From Candidatus Woykebacteria bacterium (GTDB taxonomy: Bacteria; Patescibacteriota; Microgenomatia; Woykebacterales; RBG-16-39-9b), in contig JBBDPN010000001.1 of assembly GCA_040876265.1 (NCBI GenBank), positions 118,208-182,207 of the forward strand: DNA of 64,000 bases, written 5' to 3'. Under the pieces are notes generated by a model. The model was not told the DNA's origin. It saw only the letters and a program-made list of their open reading frames with translations, and did no database searches. The position numbers and the translations under genes are program-made. Positions 26,863 to 37,428 of this stretch are shown here, piece after piece. The number at the start of each line of letters is the position of its first letter. Positions within the stretch are counted from its first letter, which is position 1.

Positions 26863-28368
26863 ATGAAAATATCGATAGAAAAAGAAAATTTGAGCAAAGT
26901 AAGAGCAGATGCTCTAGCAGTTTTTTTGTTCGCTGGAGAAAAACCCTCTGGCGAAATGCAAAATCTAGATAAAGCCTTGGCGGGAGCAATAGGCGAGGCT
27001 ATAAAGCTTGGTGATTTTAAAGGCAAACTTTACGAAGTCACCTCAATTTATACTCACGGTAAAATCAACGCAACCCGTATCTTCCTAGTTGGGAAAGGAA
27101 AGAAAGGTGATTTTGAACCTCGTTACGCGCGTAATTTGGCCGGGAGCGCCGCGAGAAAAGCCCTTAGTGTAGGGGCAAAAAAAATAGCTATACACCTTGG
27201 TGATCTGGTAGATGGTGAGCGAGCAATTGAAGGGGTTGGTTTAGCTGTCTTTGACCCAGCTCTTTATAAGACGAAAAAAGAAGATAAAAGTGAAATAGAT
27301 GAGTTAATACTTGTCGGCGACGTGAATTTACAAGCGATAAAACACTCACAAGCGGCTGTAGAATCAATAAATTGGGTAAGGAAATTAATTAGCGAACCGG
27401 CCAACGTAATGACTCCGAAAGAAATGGTTCTAGAGGCAAGGAAATTGGCCAAGGAATACAAATTTGACTTAGAGGTGATCGACGAGGAGGAAGCAAAAAA
27501 GAAAGGAATGGGCGCTTTTGCAGGTATTGCTAGGGGGAGTGAGGAACCTTCGTATTTGGTTATCTTCAAGTATAATCCGCTTCGCGGCTTGCGACCACTT
27601 CGTGGGCTACAAGCTTCAGGTATCAAAAAGAAGCCAACGCTTGGAGTGGTAGGTAAGGGAATTACTTTCGATAGCGGTGGGATTTCGATAAAACCAAGTG
27701 AGAAAATGCACGAGATGAAAATGGATATGTCGGGCGCGGCAGCAGTATTTGGTTTTATGAGGTTGGTTGGGGAGCTGCGGCCAAAAATAAACGTGCTTGG
27801 AGTAACTCCTTTGACAGAAAATTTACCTGGCGGTAAAGCCCTAAAACCTGGTGATGTTCTCAAGGCATTCAACGGTAAGACAATCGAAGTTTTAAATACT
27901 GATGCCGAAGGTCGTGTGGTCCTTGCCGACGGTCTCTCTTACGCAGCAAAACTCGGCGCGACACATTTGGTAGATTTAGCCACTCTGACAGGTGCAGTGG
28001 TAGTTGCGCTAGGGTTTGAGGCTTCTGGGTTAATGGGCCGTCCCAATTCTTGGGTGGACGATGTGCAAAATGCAGGTGAAGCAGCCGGGGAGAGAATTTG
28101 GCAGCTGCCAATTTACCCAGAGCATAAAGAACTTTTACGCAGTGAAATTGCTGACGTTGCCAACCTTCCGCCAAGTAGAGCTGCTGGAACAATTGCCGGT
28201 GGCGTGTTTTTGCAAGAATTTGTACCAGAAAAAATTCCTTGGGCCCATCTGGATATAGCTGGAACTGCATATCTTGAAAGCGAAAAGCCTTTTATGGCGA
28301 AAGGCCCAACCGGTGTTGGAGTTCGGACCTTGATAAAGCTGGTCGAACAACTAGAGAAGGAGAAGTAA
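26863..28368 (+). CDS. pepA: leucyl aminopeptidase, M17 family
   Basis: M17 signature NTDAEGRVVLAD plus upstream metal-binding region GKGITFDSGG. Confidence 0.85.
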   Translation: MKISIEKENLSKVRADALAVFLFAGEKPSGEMQNLDKALAGAIGEAIKLGDFKGKLYEVTSIYTHGKINATRIFLVGKGKKGDFEPRYARNLAGSAARKALSVGAKKIAIHLGDLVDGERAIEGVGLAVFDPALYKTKKEDKSEIDELILVGDVNLQAIKHSQAAVESINWVRKLISEPANVMTPKEMVLEARKLAKEYKFDLEVIDEEEAKKKGMGAFAGIARGSEEPSYLVIFKYNPLRGLRPLRGLQASGIKKKPTLGVVGKGITFDSGGISIKPSEKMHEMKMDMSGAAAVFGFMRLVGELRPKINVLGVTPLTENLPGGKALKPGDVLKAFNGKTIEVLNTDAEGRVVLADGLSYAAKLGATHLVDLATLTGAVVVALGFEASGLMGRPNSWVDDVQNAGEAAGERIWQLPIYPEHKELLRSEIADVANLPPSRAAGTIAGGVFLQEFVPEKIPWAHLDIAGTAYLESEKPFMAKGPTGVGVRTLIKLVEQLEKEK

Positions 28369-28377
28369 ACCCGACAA

Positions 28378-29199
28378 ATGTTACCAATTTTACTAAAGAT
28401 CGGTCCTATTACAGTCTACTCATTTGGTTTTTTCCTCATCCTAGCTTACTTTGCGGCTACATTTATCCTTTGGCGGGAGGGTAAGCGACAAGGTTATAAT
28501 GAGGAAAGACTGCTCGACCTTTCAGTTATTTCTTTGGTAGCGGCGTTGGTTGGTGGTAGGCTATACTACGTTATTTTAAACTGGCCGCTTTTCGCTGACG
28601 AACCGCTTAGTAGCCTTTCATTTTGGCAAGGCGGCTTCGCTTACCACGGCAGCTTAATTGCCGTCCTTTTGGTTAGTATCTACTTTATCTTAAGGTGGAA
28701 ATGGACTTTCTTTCAAATAGCGGATATTGGAGCAATATCGGCTTCAGCTGCGCTTACCTTGGGCAAAATTGGTAGTTTCTTGGCTGGAGTGGATTTTGGT
28801 GCCAGTTCTTCACTTCCGTGGGCGGTCCGGCTTCCAGGTTTGGTTGGTGCCCGTCATCCAGTACAGCTGTATGAAGCTGGTGCATATTTTATAATTTTTT
28901 TGGTCCTTTATTTTCTTTATTTTAAATACTTAGCTTCAAAGAATATGAGAAGTGGCAGAGTTTTTTTTATCTTTCTGGTCGCGACCAGTATAATTAGGGC
29001 AATACTAGAATTTTATAGAGCCGATCCACATACGCTGCTGGGTGTTCCCACCGCGACAATAGTCAGCGTATTGATTGCAGCGGCCTCTTTAATTGCTATA
29101 TACTATTTTCAGATTCGGGACGCGCGGAGTGATCTCAAAGGGTTTTTGGAGATTTTTTTTGGTATCAACACCAGATTTCTTAAAAGGATAAAATTTTAA
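28378..29199 (+). CDS. lgt: prolipoprotein diacylglyceryl transferase
   Basis: Lgt N-terminal motif (IGPITVYSFGFFLILAYF), WQGGFAYHGSLIA signature, multiple TM helices. Confidence 0.8.
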   Translation: MLPILLKIGPITVYSFGFFLILAYFAATFILWREGKRQGYNEERLLDLSVISLVAALVGGRLYYVILNWPLFADEPLSSLSFWQGGFAYHGSLIAVLLVSIYFILRWKWTFFQIADIGAISASAALTLGKIGSFLAGVDFGASSSLPWAVRLPGLVGARHPVQLYEAGAYFIIFLVLYFLYFKYLASKNMRSGRVFFIFLVATSIIRAILEFYRADPHTLLGVPTATIVSVLIAAASLIAIYYFQIRDARSDLKGFLEIFFGINTRFLKRIKF

Positions 29200-29202
29200 A
29201 CT

Positions 29203-29541
29203 ATGTTGGAGGGGTTGAAACAACAGCTTGAAGCGGAAAGAAATAATCTTGCAGGACAGCTGGATATCTATAAAAAAGATGATCCATTGCGTGATCCGGA
29301 TCAAAGCCTATCTCATACCCAAGATGATGTGATTACAGTTTCTGAAGGCCACGATCGTATAGACGCGACCCGTAGAGAGCTAAAGATTAGATTGCGAGAA
29401 GTGGAAAAGGCTTTGGGAAAAATCGAAAACGGTAAATATGGTATTTGCGAAAATTGCGGAAATAAAATTGTCCCAGAGCGTCTCAAAGCAAACCCAACAG
29501 CAGTATTTTGTATGGATTGTGAGAGGAAAGTTCAGCGCTAA
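29203..29541 (+). CDS. DksA/TraR-family C4 zinc-finger protein
   Basis: CENCGNKI...CMDCE C4 finger after a coiled-coil N-terminus. Confidence 0.7.
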   Translation: MLEGLKQQLEAERNNLAGQLDIYKKDDPLRDPDQSLSHTQDDVITVSEGHDRIDATRRELKIRLREVEKALGKIENGKYGICENCGNKIVPERLKANPTAVFCMDCERKVQR

Positions 29542-29605
29542 GCTGTTGGGGGTACTTGATCAGTTTAGCTTTATGGTTTATAAATAAAGTTAGGGAGTTT
29601 AGTTT

Positions 29606-29995
29606 ATGGCAGCAAAAATATTAGTTGTAGAAGACGACCAATTTCTAAGGGAGCTATATGACGAGCTATTAAAGGGAGAAGGGTACGATGTGGATCTTGC
29701 CCCTGATGGCGAGATAGGGCTCTCGAAACTTCAACAGGGCGGTTACGATCTAGTCCTTTTAGACATCATGCTACCAAAGATAGATGGTCTGGAGATACTT
29801 CGTCGGGTTAAAAACAAGCCCGCCGAAAAACCAAACGGTACAGTAATCTTGCTTACCAACCTTGGTCAAGACTCAATAATTAAAGAAGGCTTTAATTTGG
29901 GAGCGAGCGGCTACCTGATTAAAAGTGCGATGAACCCAGATCAAGTGCTTTCAGAGATCAAAGTATTTCTATCAAAGGGAAGTGCCCCCAAATAA
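29606..29995 (+). CDS. stand-alone response regulator receiver domain (CheY-like)
   Basis: ILVVEDD...DLVLLDIMLP (phospho-acceptor Asp) ... conserved K in LIKS. No output domain and no adjacent kinase. Confidence 0.8.
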   Translation: MAAKILVVEDDQFLRELYDELLKGEGYDVDLAPDGEIGLSKLQQGGYDLVLLDIMLPKIDGLEILRRVKNKPAEKPNGTVILLTNLGQDSIIKEGFNLGASGYLIKSAMNPDQVLSEIKVFLSKGSAPK

Positions 29996-30027
29996 AATGC
30001 TACTTTAGACCGCCTCTGGGTTTTTAA

Positions 30028-30939
30028 ATGCAGCAGTTTACTGTCAGAGTGAAACCAAAAGAAGCAAGAGTTGATAAATATTTGGCACGGGTTTCAAAAT
30101 CACTTTCTCGATCTCAAGCAAAAAAACTCATCAAGAAAAATTTGGTGTGGGTAAACGAAAGAAAAATAGATCCCGATTATGAGATTCGAAAGGGCGATAA
30201 AATCAAATTCGAAATACCCCTGCCAACACCGTCTGAAATTATCCCTCAAAATATCCCACTAGATGTTGTTTATGAGGATGAGGATGTATTGGTAATCGAC
30301 AAAGAAGCCGGTATGGTGGTACATCCAACAGTTGGGCACCCAAAAGATACCCTGGTCAACGCTCTGCTTTTTTATTTGAAGAATAGTTTGGGAGAAAGTG
30401 AAAAAAGTTTTCGTCCTGGAATTGTACATAGACTTGATAAGGGTACCTCCGGCCTTATGGTTTTGGCAAAAAACGAGGTGGCCCTGGCCAACTTAAAAAA
30501 ACAATTCAAAGACCGAAAAGTTGGTAAGAAATATTTAGCGTTGGTAGCAGGTAAGGTCGAGCCTTCCATCGGAATTATAAAAAAACCCATTGGTCGCCAC
30601 CCGGTGAAAAGGCAAAAATTTACTGTAGCCCAGCAAGGTAGGGAAGCGTTAACGACTTATAAGGTACTTGAGAATATCGGAAATAAATTTTCGCTGGTGG
30701 AGGTAGAGCCAAAAACCGGTCGGACCCACCAGATCCGAGTACATCTTTCTTCAATTGGGTACCCGATTGTTGGCGATAAACTATACGGTGGAAAGCCGGC
30801 GCCGAGAATTTTTTTGCACGCAGCTTTTTTGGAATTTAGCCACCCTAAACATAAGAAAAAACTTAAGTTTGAAAGCGAACTTCCCATAAAATTGAAAGAG
30901 ATGCTAGATAAAACTCAATTCGGAAAAATCAAAAAATGA
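30028..30939 (+). CDS. rluD: 23S rRNA pseudouridine synthase, RluA/RluD family (S4 domain plus catalytic domain)
   Basis: HRLDKGTSGLMVLAKN catalytic Asp motif with an N-terminal S4-like domain. Confidence 0.85.
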   Translation: MQQFTVRVKPKEARVDKYLARVSKSLSRSQAKKLIKKNLVWVNERKIDPDYEIRKGDKIKFEIPLPTPSEIIPQNIPLDVVYEDEDVLVIDKEAGMVVHPTVGHPKDTLVNALLFYLKNSLGESEKSFRPGIVHRLDKGTSGLMVLAKNEVALANLKKQFKDRKVGKKYLALVAGKVEPSIGIIKKPIGRHPVKRQKFTVAQQGREALTTYKVLENIGNKFSLVEVEPKTGRTHQIRVHLSSIGYPIVGDKLYGGKPAPRIFLHAAFLEFSHPKHKKKLKFESELPIKLKEMLDKTQFGKIKK

Positions 30940-32627
30940 CAACCGTTTTCGTTGATATTGCCTTGATTTTAACTCTTACCGCAGTTGCCGCCGCGATTTT
31001 TTCCAGGTTGAAACAACCGATACTTCTAGCCTATTTGCTGGTTGGGATAATCGCTGCTTCCAGTGGGATATTCTCTCAAGTAACTAGTGGGGAAACCCTA
31101 GATTTTTTGGCAGAGCTAGGAATCGCCTTTGCCTTATTTCTAATTGGTTTGGAACTAAAATTTTCAAACGTCAAACATATTGGAAAAGCATCGATATTTG
31201 TTGGTCTTGGTCAAGTAATTTTTACAACTGCCGTTGGATTTTTGGTTGTTCAAAGACTTGGGTTTAGTTTTACCGAAGCTGCATATCTAGCTGTAGCGTT
31301 GACTTTTTCAAGCACGATTATTGTTATAAAGCTTTTAGAGCAAAAGAGGGATCTAGACTCGCTTTATGGAAAGATCACGACCGGTTATTTAATTGTTCAA
31401 GATTTTGTTGCGGTAGGTGCTCTTATATTAGTTGCTTCTATTGGAAAGGGGGGCGGAGCAGGCGAATTCCTCTATACAGCGGCGGCTGGCGTATTTTTGG
31501 TGGCCTCGGTTTTAATTTTAAACAAATACGTTCTGCAAAATCTGTTTGATCTCCTGGCAAAAAATTCAGAGGTACTTTTCGTAGCTAGTATTGCTTGGGC
31601 GTTGATTTTCGCTGCCGTTTCGACTTTTTTGGGGTTTTCGATCGAGATAGGAGCTTTTTTGGCAGGTCTTGGTTTGGCGAGCCTACGAGAAGAGCAGCAA
31701 ATAGCTTCTTGGATAAGGCCGCTGCGAAACCTTTTCGTTATTTTGTTTTTTCTTAGTATTGGTCTTCAGCTTTCAATCACAACCATTTTATCAGTAGCGG
31801 CTGCTGTAGCAGTTCTCTCCGTTTTTGTTCTTGTTGGAAATCCGCTGATCATGATGATTATTATGGGGGTTTTGGGATTTAGGCGGAGAACATCTTTTCA
31901 CGTAGCCACAACAAGTGCTCAAATTTCCGAATTTTCATTGATATTTGTCGCCCTTGGCCTAAAGCTTGGGTTTGTGGGGGACCGAGTGGTAAATTTGACT
32001 ACCTCAGTGGCGCTTGTAACAATAGTTTTTTCTACCTATCTTATCGCATACTCTTCCAAAATCTATAGAACACTCTCCCCTTACTTGAAATTTTTTGAGC
32101 GAAAAGCTCTGCAAGAGAGGGCAACTACCGGAGGAAAAGATTTTAGCGATCATGTAGTTTTAATAGGGGCGGGTAGACTTGGACTGAATATATTGAAAGC
32201 GCTGAGAAAGAAAGGGTTAGAAGTAGTTGTGGTCGAGTTTAACCCTACGATTGCGAAGGGCCTGGAGAGCGAGCAGGTACCGGTGGTTTATGGAGATATC
32301 TCTGATCCTGAAATCTTCGAGAAGGCGATTGGTAGGGGTTCTATGTTGGTAATCTCAACAGTTTTTGACGTGGAAGATACTCAAACTTTACTTGATGAGG
32401 TAAAAAAATTACCACGAAGACCGCCTGTGGTTGTTACCAGCCCACTACCAGAGACCGCCTTAGAGTTTTATAAAGCTGGTGCTGCTTACGTAATTATCCC
32501 CAGAATACTTAGCTCCCATTTGGTTGAGCAGTATGTTCTTTCGGAAAGATTCGAAGATCTGAAAGACGGGAAACTACGTAAGGAGCATATTGAGGAGTTG
32601 ACGAGTAGAGAGTTGAAGCCGATTTAA
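30936..32627 (+). CDS. CPA2-family cation/proton antiporter with a C-terminal RCK/TrkA-N domain (Kef-like)
   Basis: About 11 TM helices, then a Rossmann GxGxxG (VVLIGAGRLGLNILKAL). Confidence 0.8.
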   Translation: MTTVFVDIALILTLTAVAAAIFSRLKQPILLAYLLVGIIAASSGIFSQVTSGETLDFLAELGIAFALFLIGLELKFSNVKHIGKASIFVGLGQVIFTTAVGFLVVQRLGFSFTEAAYLAVALTFSSTIIVIKLLEQKRDLDSLYGKITTGYLIVQDFVAVGALILVASIGKGGGAGEFLYTAAAGVFLVASVLILNKYVLQNLFDLLAKNSEVLFVASIAWALIFAAVSTFLGFSIEIGAFLAGLGLASLREEQQIASWIRPLRNLFVILFFLSIGLQLSITTILSVAAAVAVLSVFVLVGNPLIMMIIMGVLGFRRRTSFHVATTSAQISEFSLIFVALGLKLGFVGDRVVNLTTSVALVTIVFSTYLIAYSSKIYRTLSPYLKFFERKALQERATTGGKDFSDHVVLIGAGRLGLNILKALRKKGLEVVVVEFNPTIAKGLESEQVPVVYGDISDPEIFEKAIGRGSMLVISTVFDVEDTQTLLDEVKKLPRRPPVVVTSPLPETALEFYKAGAAYVIIPRILSSHLVEQYVLSERFEDLKDGKLRKEHIEELTSRELKPI

Positions 32628-32634
32628 CTAGCGG

Positions 32635-33657
32635 ATGAACACCGTAAGAGCCGCCCGAACCCCAATCTGGGAAAAACAAAAATCAAAGAAAAAACGAGCC
32701 AGAATTATCAGATTAGCTATTTTCATAGTGATTTTGTTTGTTTTGGTAAATCTGGTAATTAAACTGCCTGGAGTATACAAGGACCTGAACACCCCTTTCC
32801 CGCAACTACCGAGAACAGAAGAAAGAAATTTCAGTGTGGATGTTTCTTTCCGAACGAATATATTGCTGGTTTCTTTTGAAGACGAAAATCGCTTGGTAGA
32901 TACCGCGATAGCTACCTACGAGCCGGTGGATAAAAAACTGAGTGTTGTTTTTTTCGATCTGGGAGAGCTTAAAAAGCTTCGCATCAAAACAAATAATGTT
33001 TTCAGAAACCAAGGGATAGATGGGCTGGAGCAATTTGTAACTAGTGGTTTGGGTGTGCCAATCGATGGCTATCTTGCCTTTGAGGACCCAACGCTGAGGT
33101 TTGATAGTAAGAACACAGCGGCAGCGGTCGAGAGTATGAAAAGTGTTGTAGCTCCCTTCAAATTGATTTCCGCTAAGGGTGATTTAAACAATACACTAAA
33201 AACTGATTTAACCTCAGGTCAACTACTTAAGCTAGTCTTTGTGGTAAGAGGAGCAAATTATTCTGAGGATAACAATTTTTCACTTACCGATAGAGACACT
33301 GGTAATTTGCAAACTGAGAAAATAGACGACCTAATAGCGGGTTTATTTTTCGATCAAAAAGTTTTGCAAGAGGGAGCGGCGATTACGATAGTAAACGCTT
33401 CTCAGGTGATAGGGGTCGGTAGTACTCTTGGTCGATATTTAACCAACCTTGGAGCTAACGTTGTAGGTATAGAGGCTCAAGAGAGCGTCAGCAAAGAAAC
33501 CCGCTTAATTGTTCAGAATGAAAAACCAGAAGTTACGAAGAGATTGGAATCTATATTAAAATTTAAAAAGGAGAGGGCGAGGGATGAAGATCAATTTCCT
33601 GGTGATATCCAAATTATCATCGGTCGGGACGAGGCTGAGAAGTTGACTTTACCTTAG
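32635..33657 (+). CDS. LytR-CpsA-Psr (LCP) family cell-envelope phosphotransferase-like protein
   Basis: Basic N-terminus with a TM anchor. LCP-like core (RTNILLVSFEDENR...DTAIATY). Confidence 0.5.
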   Translation: MNTVRAARTPIWEKQKSKKKRARIIRLAIFIVILFVLVNLVIKLPGVYKDLNTPFPQLPRTEERNFSVDVSFRTNILLVSFEDENRLVDTAIATYEPVDKKLSVVFFDLGELKKLRIKTNNVFRNQGIDGLEQFVTSGLGVPIDGYLAFEDPTLRFDSKNTAAAVESMKSVVAPFKLISAKGDLNNTLKTDLTSGQLLKLVFVVRGANYSEDNNFSLTDRDTGNLQTEKIDDLIAGLFFDQKVLQEGAAITIVNASQVIGVGSTLGRYLTNLGANVVGIEAQESVSKETRLIVQNEKPEVTKRLESILKFKKERARDEDQFPGDIQIIIGRDEAEKLTLP

Positions 33658-33734
33658 AGGTTTTGGTATAATAAATGTGATCTCTCTCCTTTCTTCCGAG
33701 GAACGGCCAAAATTAGCCGTTCCTAAAGATGAGA

Positions 33735-33764
33735 AGCCCCGCTTTGCGGGGTTTCTCGTATTTT
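33735..33764 (+). terminator. Intrinsic terminator-like hairpin (GCCCCGC-TTT-GCGGGG) followed by a T-rich tract
   Basis: Read directly, downstream of the LCP gene. Confidence 0.45.
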
Positions 33765-33771
33765 GGGGTGG

Positions 33772-33801
33772 TTGACTAAACAGGGGCCGAATAAATACAA
33801 T
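33772..33801 (+). promoter_or_regulatory. sigma70-like promoter (TTGACT-18-TACAAT) ahead of locus 2; the mRNA is nearly leaderless
   Basis: Hexamers read directly. The ATG at 33810 lies 8 nt after the -10. Confidence 0.45.
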
Positions 33802-33809
33802 ATATCTTA

Positions 33810-34496
33810 ATGCCAAAAGAACTTTCTCACGAGGCGGATCCGGAGCATGTTCCTGACGTAGTTTTTGCCTCACCGTTTGAATTAAAACCACGCAGAGTAC
33901 TGGTAACGCTACTTATTGGTGCTATCATAATTGCGCTTGGGTTTATCGGTTACTACGCAATCGAGACCTTCTTCCTAAAAGAGGCAACTCCACTGCCACC
34001 GATTGTAATAAAGAGTGGCACCCAAACCGCCCAAAAAGCCACTTCCTCCGCCAAAAAATCCGAAACAACGAAGTTAACGAAAAGTTTTAAAGATAGTTTT
34101 TATAATATTTCGTTCAACTATCCAGAAAACTGGGAGGAGAAATCAAAATCTGAGGTAGAAGCTTGTCAACCTAGTGTTGGCCCCAAGGACATAAAAAACT
34201 CTGGTTTCAGTATTTGCGAATTTGGACTGAGTTCAGTTGAAGATACAGCTAATATACCGGATAAGAGTGTAGTTTCCTTGCGGAAAAGTTTAACTGTAGG
34301 GGGTAAAAGTGCTGTTAGGCAAGTTGTGACGGAAAACAGTAAAGACCAGGTGTTTGCTTACGTAGGAGGTGTGACTCACAGCAATCAATCTGGGACATTA
34401 ACAATAATCGGTTGGTCAGAAAATAGCGGTCTAACAACAAGTGAGTTTGTAAACTTATTTGACCAAATTCTTTCAACGTTCAAACCCCTTGATTAG
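33810..34496 (+). CDS. hypothetical secreted protein (TM anchor plus a Ser/Thr/Lys-rich linker)
   Basis: ORF with an N-terminal TM helix. No motifs. Confidence 0.45.
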   Translation: MPKELSHEADPEHVPDVVFASPFELKPRRVLVTLLIGAIIIALGFIGYYAIETFFLKEATPLPPIVIKSGTQTAQKATSSAKKSETTKLTKSFKDSFYNISFNYPENWEEKSKSEVEACQPSVGPKDIKNSGFSICEFGLSSVEDTANIPDKSVVSLRKSLTVGGKSAVRQVVTENSKDQVFAYVGGVTHSNQSGTLTIIGWSENSGLTTSEFVNLFDQILSTFKPLD

Positions 34497-34632
34497 TCGT
34501 TAGTTATAAGCTCCAAGTTTTAAGTAGTAAGCCCTCAGTTCTAAACCTCTTATAACTCGTTGACTTTTAGGTTCGTTTGAGATAAAATTTGGCATGTTGT
34601 AGAATTAAAAGGAGAGGTAGAGAGAGGTTTTT

Positions 34633-37401
34633 ATGTTTATAGCGATCATAGCCGCTATTTTGATCATATCATTTTTGCTGGCCTGGAGAGCGGCCAGAAA
34701 ACTGGAGGGAGGCAAATCCTCGGAAATTTCTAATGGGGTTCTTCTTTCCATTTCACTTCCACGCGAAAATGAAAAGCTTCCAACCGCCGCCGAGCAAATG
34801 TTTGCTTCTCTTCACGGTATTTTAGACTTTACTCCTGGAATACAAGAGCATTTATCACTTGAAATGGCCAGCTCTTTGGATGGAATAAAGTTTTATGTTT
34901 TTGCCCCGACGGCTTTTAAAAATTTCGTCGAGAGTCAAATCTACGCTCAATACCCGGACGCTGAGATACGAGAGGCGGTAGACTACGCTAAAAGTATTCC
35001 GGCAGGCAGCTTTGTTTCATCCACAGAGATAGTTCTCGATAAAGAATTTATATTTCCAATTAAAACATTTCGTGACTTCGAAGTAGATCCGCTTGCGGCT
35101 ATCACCAGCGCTTTGGTTAGTGTCCAGCCTGGGGAACAACTTTGGGTCCAGTTGCTGGTGCGGCCAGTTGATGATTTTTGGCAAGACAGAGGTCACGAAT
35201 ACGTCCAAATGGTTCGGGAGGGAGTTTCGCCAGTTACACTTAGCCCCCAAGACATTATTATTGATGTTGGCAAAAGTTTTATGTCAATTGGTGGCAATGT
35301 CGCTACCCACATTATGAAGGGGCCGCAGCCTTACGAGGAACCAAGGGGTGGGGTACAGCAGTACGTGCGACTTTCGGCTGGGCAAGAGCTGACTTTAAAG
35401 ATGCTTGAAAACAAGTTGTCTAAGATAGGCTTTGAGACGAAAATTCGTCTGGTTGCCGTTTCAAACTCGAAAGAGGGTGCCGAGTCCAGACTATCTGGTC
35501 TGATCAGCTCGTTTAAACAATACGCCACCGCCAACCTAAATAGTTTCGTCGCCGACCCCGAAAGTCCGGAACCAGACACCCTGGTTAAGCAGTATCAAGA
35601 CAGGAGTTTTCCGGAGAGAGAAGCTGGAAATTACATTTTGACAACCGAGGAGCTAGCTTCCATCTACCACCTTCCAAATGTATCGGTAGAGACACCAACT
35701 ATTAGCTGGACGGGTGCCAAAAAAGGCGAACCCCCGCTAAATATACCTACGACTTCAGCGACGATGCTCGGCGAGACTTACTACCGAGACTACAGAACAA
35801 AATTTGGAATTAAAAGAAGTGATCGAAGAAAGCACATGTATATTATTGGTAAGACAGGTACGGGAAAAAGTACGCTAATAAAAAACATGATAATACAGGA
35901 TATGAGGTCTGGTGAGGGAGTCGCCGTGCTTGATCCTCACGGGCAGCTTATCGACGAGTTGCTCGAATTTGTGCCCGAGAACCGGATAGAGGACGTGGTA
36001 ATCTTAAACCCAGCTGATGCTGAATACCCAATTTCCCTAAACATGTTGGAAATGGTAGATCCAAAGCAGCGCACGTTGATGGGCGATACGATGTTGGATG
36101 TTTTTAAAAAATATTTTGCTGATAGCTGGGGTCCCAGGCTTGAATATATTTTAAAAAATTGTATTCTAACGCTATTAGAAGTTCCAAACACGTCGCTCCT
36201 TTCTGTTACTAGACTTTTGACAGATCGAGATTACAGAAAGCACATAGTAGGGCTAATTAAAGATCCGCAAATGAAACTTTTTTGGAATAATGAATTTGCT
36301 CGTATGGAACAAAACGAGAGGTTGATCACCGAAGCTATTAGTCCAATTCAAAACAAAGTCGGTCAATTTTTAAATTCTGAATTGATTAGAAATATTGTCG
36401 GTCAACCAAAAAGTAGTATCAAAATGGATGATATTATTAATTCCGGAAAGCTTTTCTTTATAAATTTGGCGACGGGAAGAATCGGCGGTAATAATACGGC
36501 GTTGCTTGGCGCCATGATTGTTTCCCAACTGCAGTTTGCGGCGATGAGACGCGTGGATGTTCCCGAAGAACAAAGACGGGATTTCTTTCTTTACGCTGAC
36601 GAATTCCAAAACTTTGCTACCGATTCCTTTGCGACAGTTTTATCTGAAGCAAGAAAATATCGCCTTGATCTTACCTTGACCCACCAGTATATTGAGCAAA
36701 TGCCCGAGACAGTAAAGGAAGCTGTGTTTGGTAATATAGGGACTCTCATTTGTTTTACAGTTGGACCGACCGACGCTCGTTTTTTGGAGCGGGAGTTTAC
36801 CCCAGTCTTTCTGGAAAATGATCTAATTACTTTGGGTAGGTACGAGATGTATCTAAAATTGCAAATAGATGATACTCAAAGCCAGCCTTTTTCCGCAGTT
36901 AGCCTAGCTCCGGCGACCGATGCGACTAATACTAAAGAAAGAGCTATTTCTGCTTCTAGGACAAAGTACGGTCGTGGTGTGGAGAACGTAGAAAAAATTA
37001 TCAAAAAATGGATCGAAACAAGATTTAAGGCTGGCCAACCGCCACAACCGCCAGCTTGGGCAACAGCAGAGGAGACGAGAATCAAAGAATCTCCGGTCGA
37101 GGGTGACAAAAAGGAAGAGGAGGCCATGGTTATCGGTACGCAGAAAAGTGAGGGTGTTTATACACCACCAAAACCCTTTACTAGGGAGAGTATTCCGGGG
37201 TTATCGGCCGAAAGTAGCCCGGAGACTACAGGTTTAAGACCGCAAGAGGCGGATAATGGAGAAGTTGATATATACAGATTTCCGGAAATAAACACCCAAC
37301 CAGAAGCTGCACAGCAAGACGCAAAAGTACCTGGAGGGAGTTCGGGCCATGAAAGAACCGACGATTATCATGGGAAGCAAAACTTTCCCAAGGATACATA
37401 A
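34633..37401 (+). CDS. membrane-anchored FtsK/HerA/VirB4/TrwB-superfamily P-loop ATPase, paralog of 10674..13217
   Basis: Same architecture and motifs as locus 1: RRKHMYIIGKTGTGKST, DFFLYADEFQNFATD, EARKYRLDLTLTHQ, AVFGNIGTLICFTVG. Collinear similarity along the N-terminal domain as well. Confidence 0.7.
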   Translation: MFIAIIAAILIISFLLAWRAARKLEGGKSSEISNGVLLSISLPRENEKLPTAAEQMFASLHGILDFTPGIQEHLSLEMASSLDGIKFYVFAPTAFKNFVESQIYAQYPDAEIREAVDYAKSIPAGSFVSSTEIVLDKEFIFPIKTFRDFEVDPLAAITSALVSVQPGEQLWVQLLVRPVDDFWQDRGHEYVQMVREGVSPVTLSPQDIIIDVGKSFMSIGGNVATHIMKGPQPYEEPRGGVQQYVRLSAGQELTLKMLENKLSKIGFETKIRLVAVSNSKEGAESRLSGLISSFKQYATANLNSFVADPESPEPDTLVKQYQDRSFPEREAGNYILTTEELASIYHLPNVSVETPTISWTGAKKGEPPLNIPTTSATMLGETYYRDYRTKFGIKRSDRRKHMYIIGKTGTGKSTLIKNMIIQDMRSGEGVAVLDPHGQLIDELLEFVPENRIEDVVILNPADAEYPISLNMLEMVDPKQRTLMGDTMLDVFKKYFADSWGPRLEYILKNCILTLLEVPNTSLLSVTRLLTDRDYRKHIVGLIKDPQMKLFWNNEFARMEQNERLITEAISPIQNKVGQFLNSELIRNIVGQPKSSIKMDDIINSGKLFFINLATGRIGGNNTALLGAMIVSQLQFAAMRRVDVPEEQRRDFFLYADEFQNFATDSFATVLSEARKYRLDLTLTHQYIEQMPETVKEAVFGNIGTLICFTVGPTDARFLEREFTPVFLENDLITLGRYEMYLKLQIDDTQSQPFSAVSLAPATDATNTKERAISASRTKYGRGVENVEKIIKKWIETRFKAGQPPQPPAWATAEETRIKESPVEGDKKEEEAMVIGTQKSEGVYTPPKPFTRESIPGLSAESSPETTGLRPQEADNGEVDIYRFPEINTQPEAAQQDAKVPGGSSGHERTDDYHGKQNFPKDT

Positions 37402-37428
37402 TACAAATTTGACGAAAGGAGGCCACCC

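Noticed and set aside
30936-32627. Mobile element status for the recombinase region (integron or ICE)
   Set aside because: It is a single XerC/D-like tyrosine recombinase flanked by housekeeping genes (ruvC, yebC, a GH13 gene). It has no attC-like repeats, transposase, inverted repeats or cargo.
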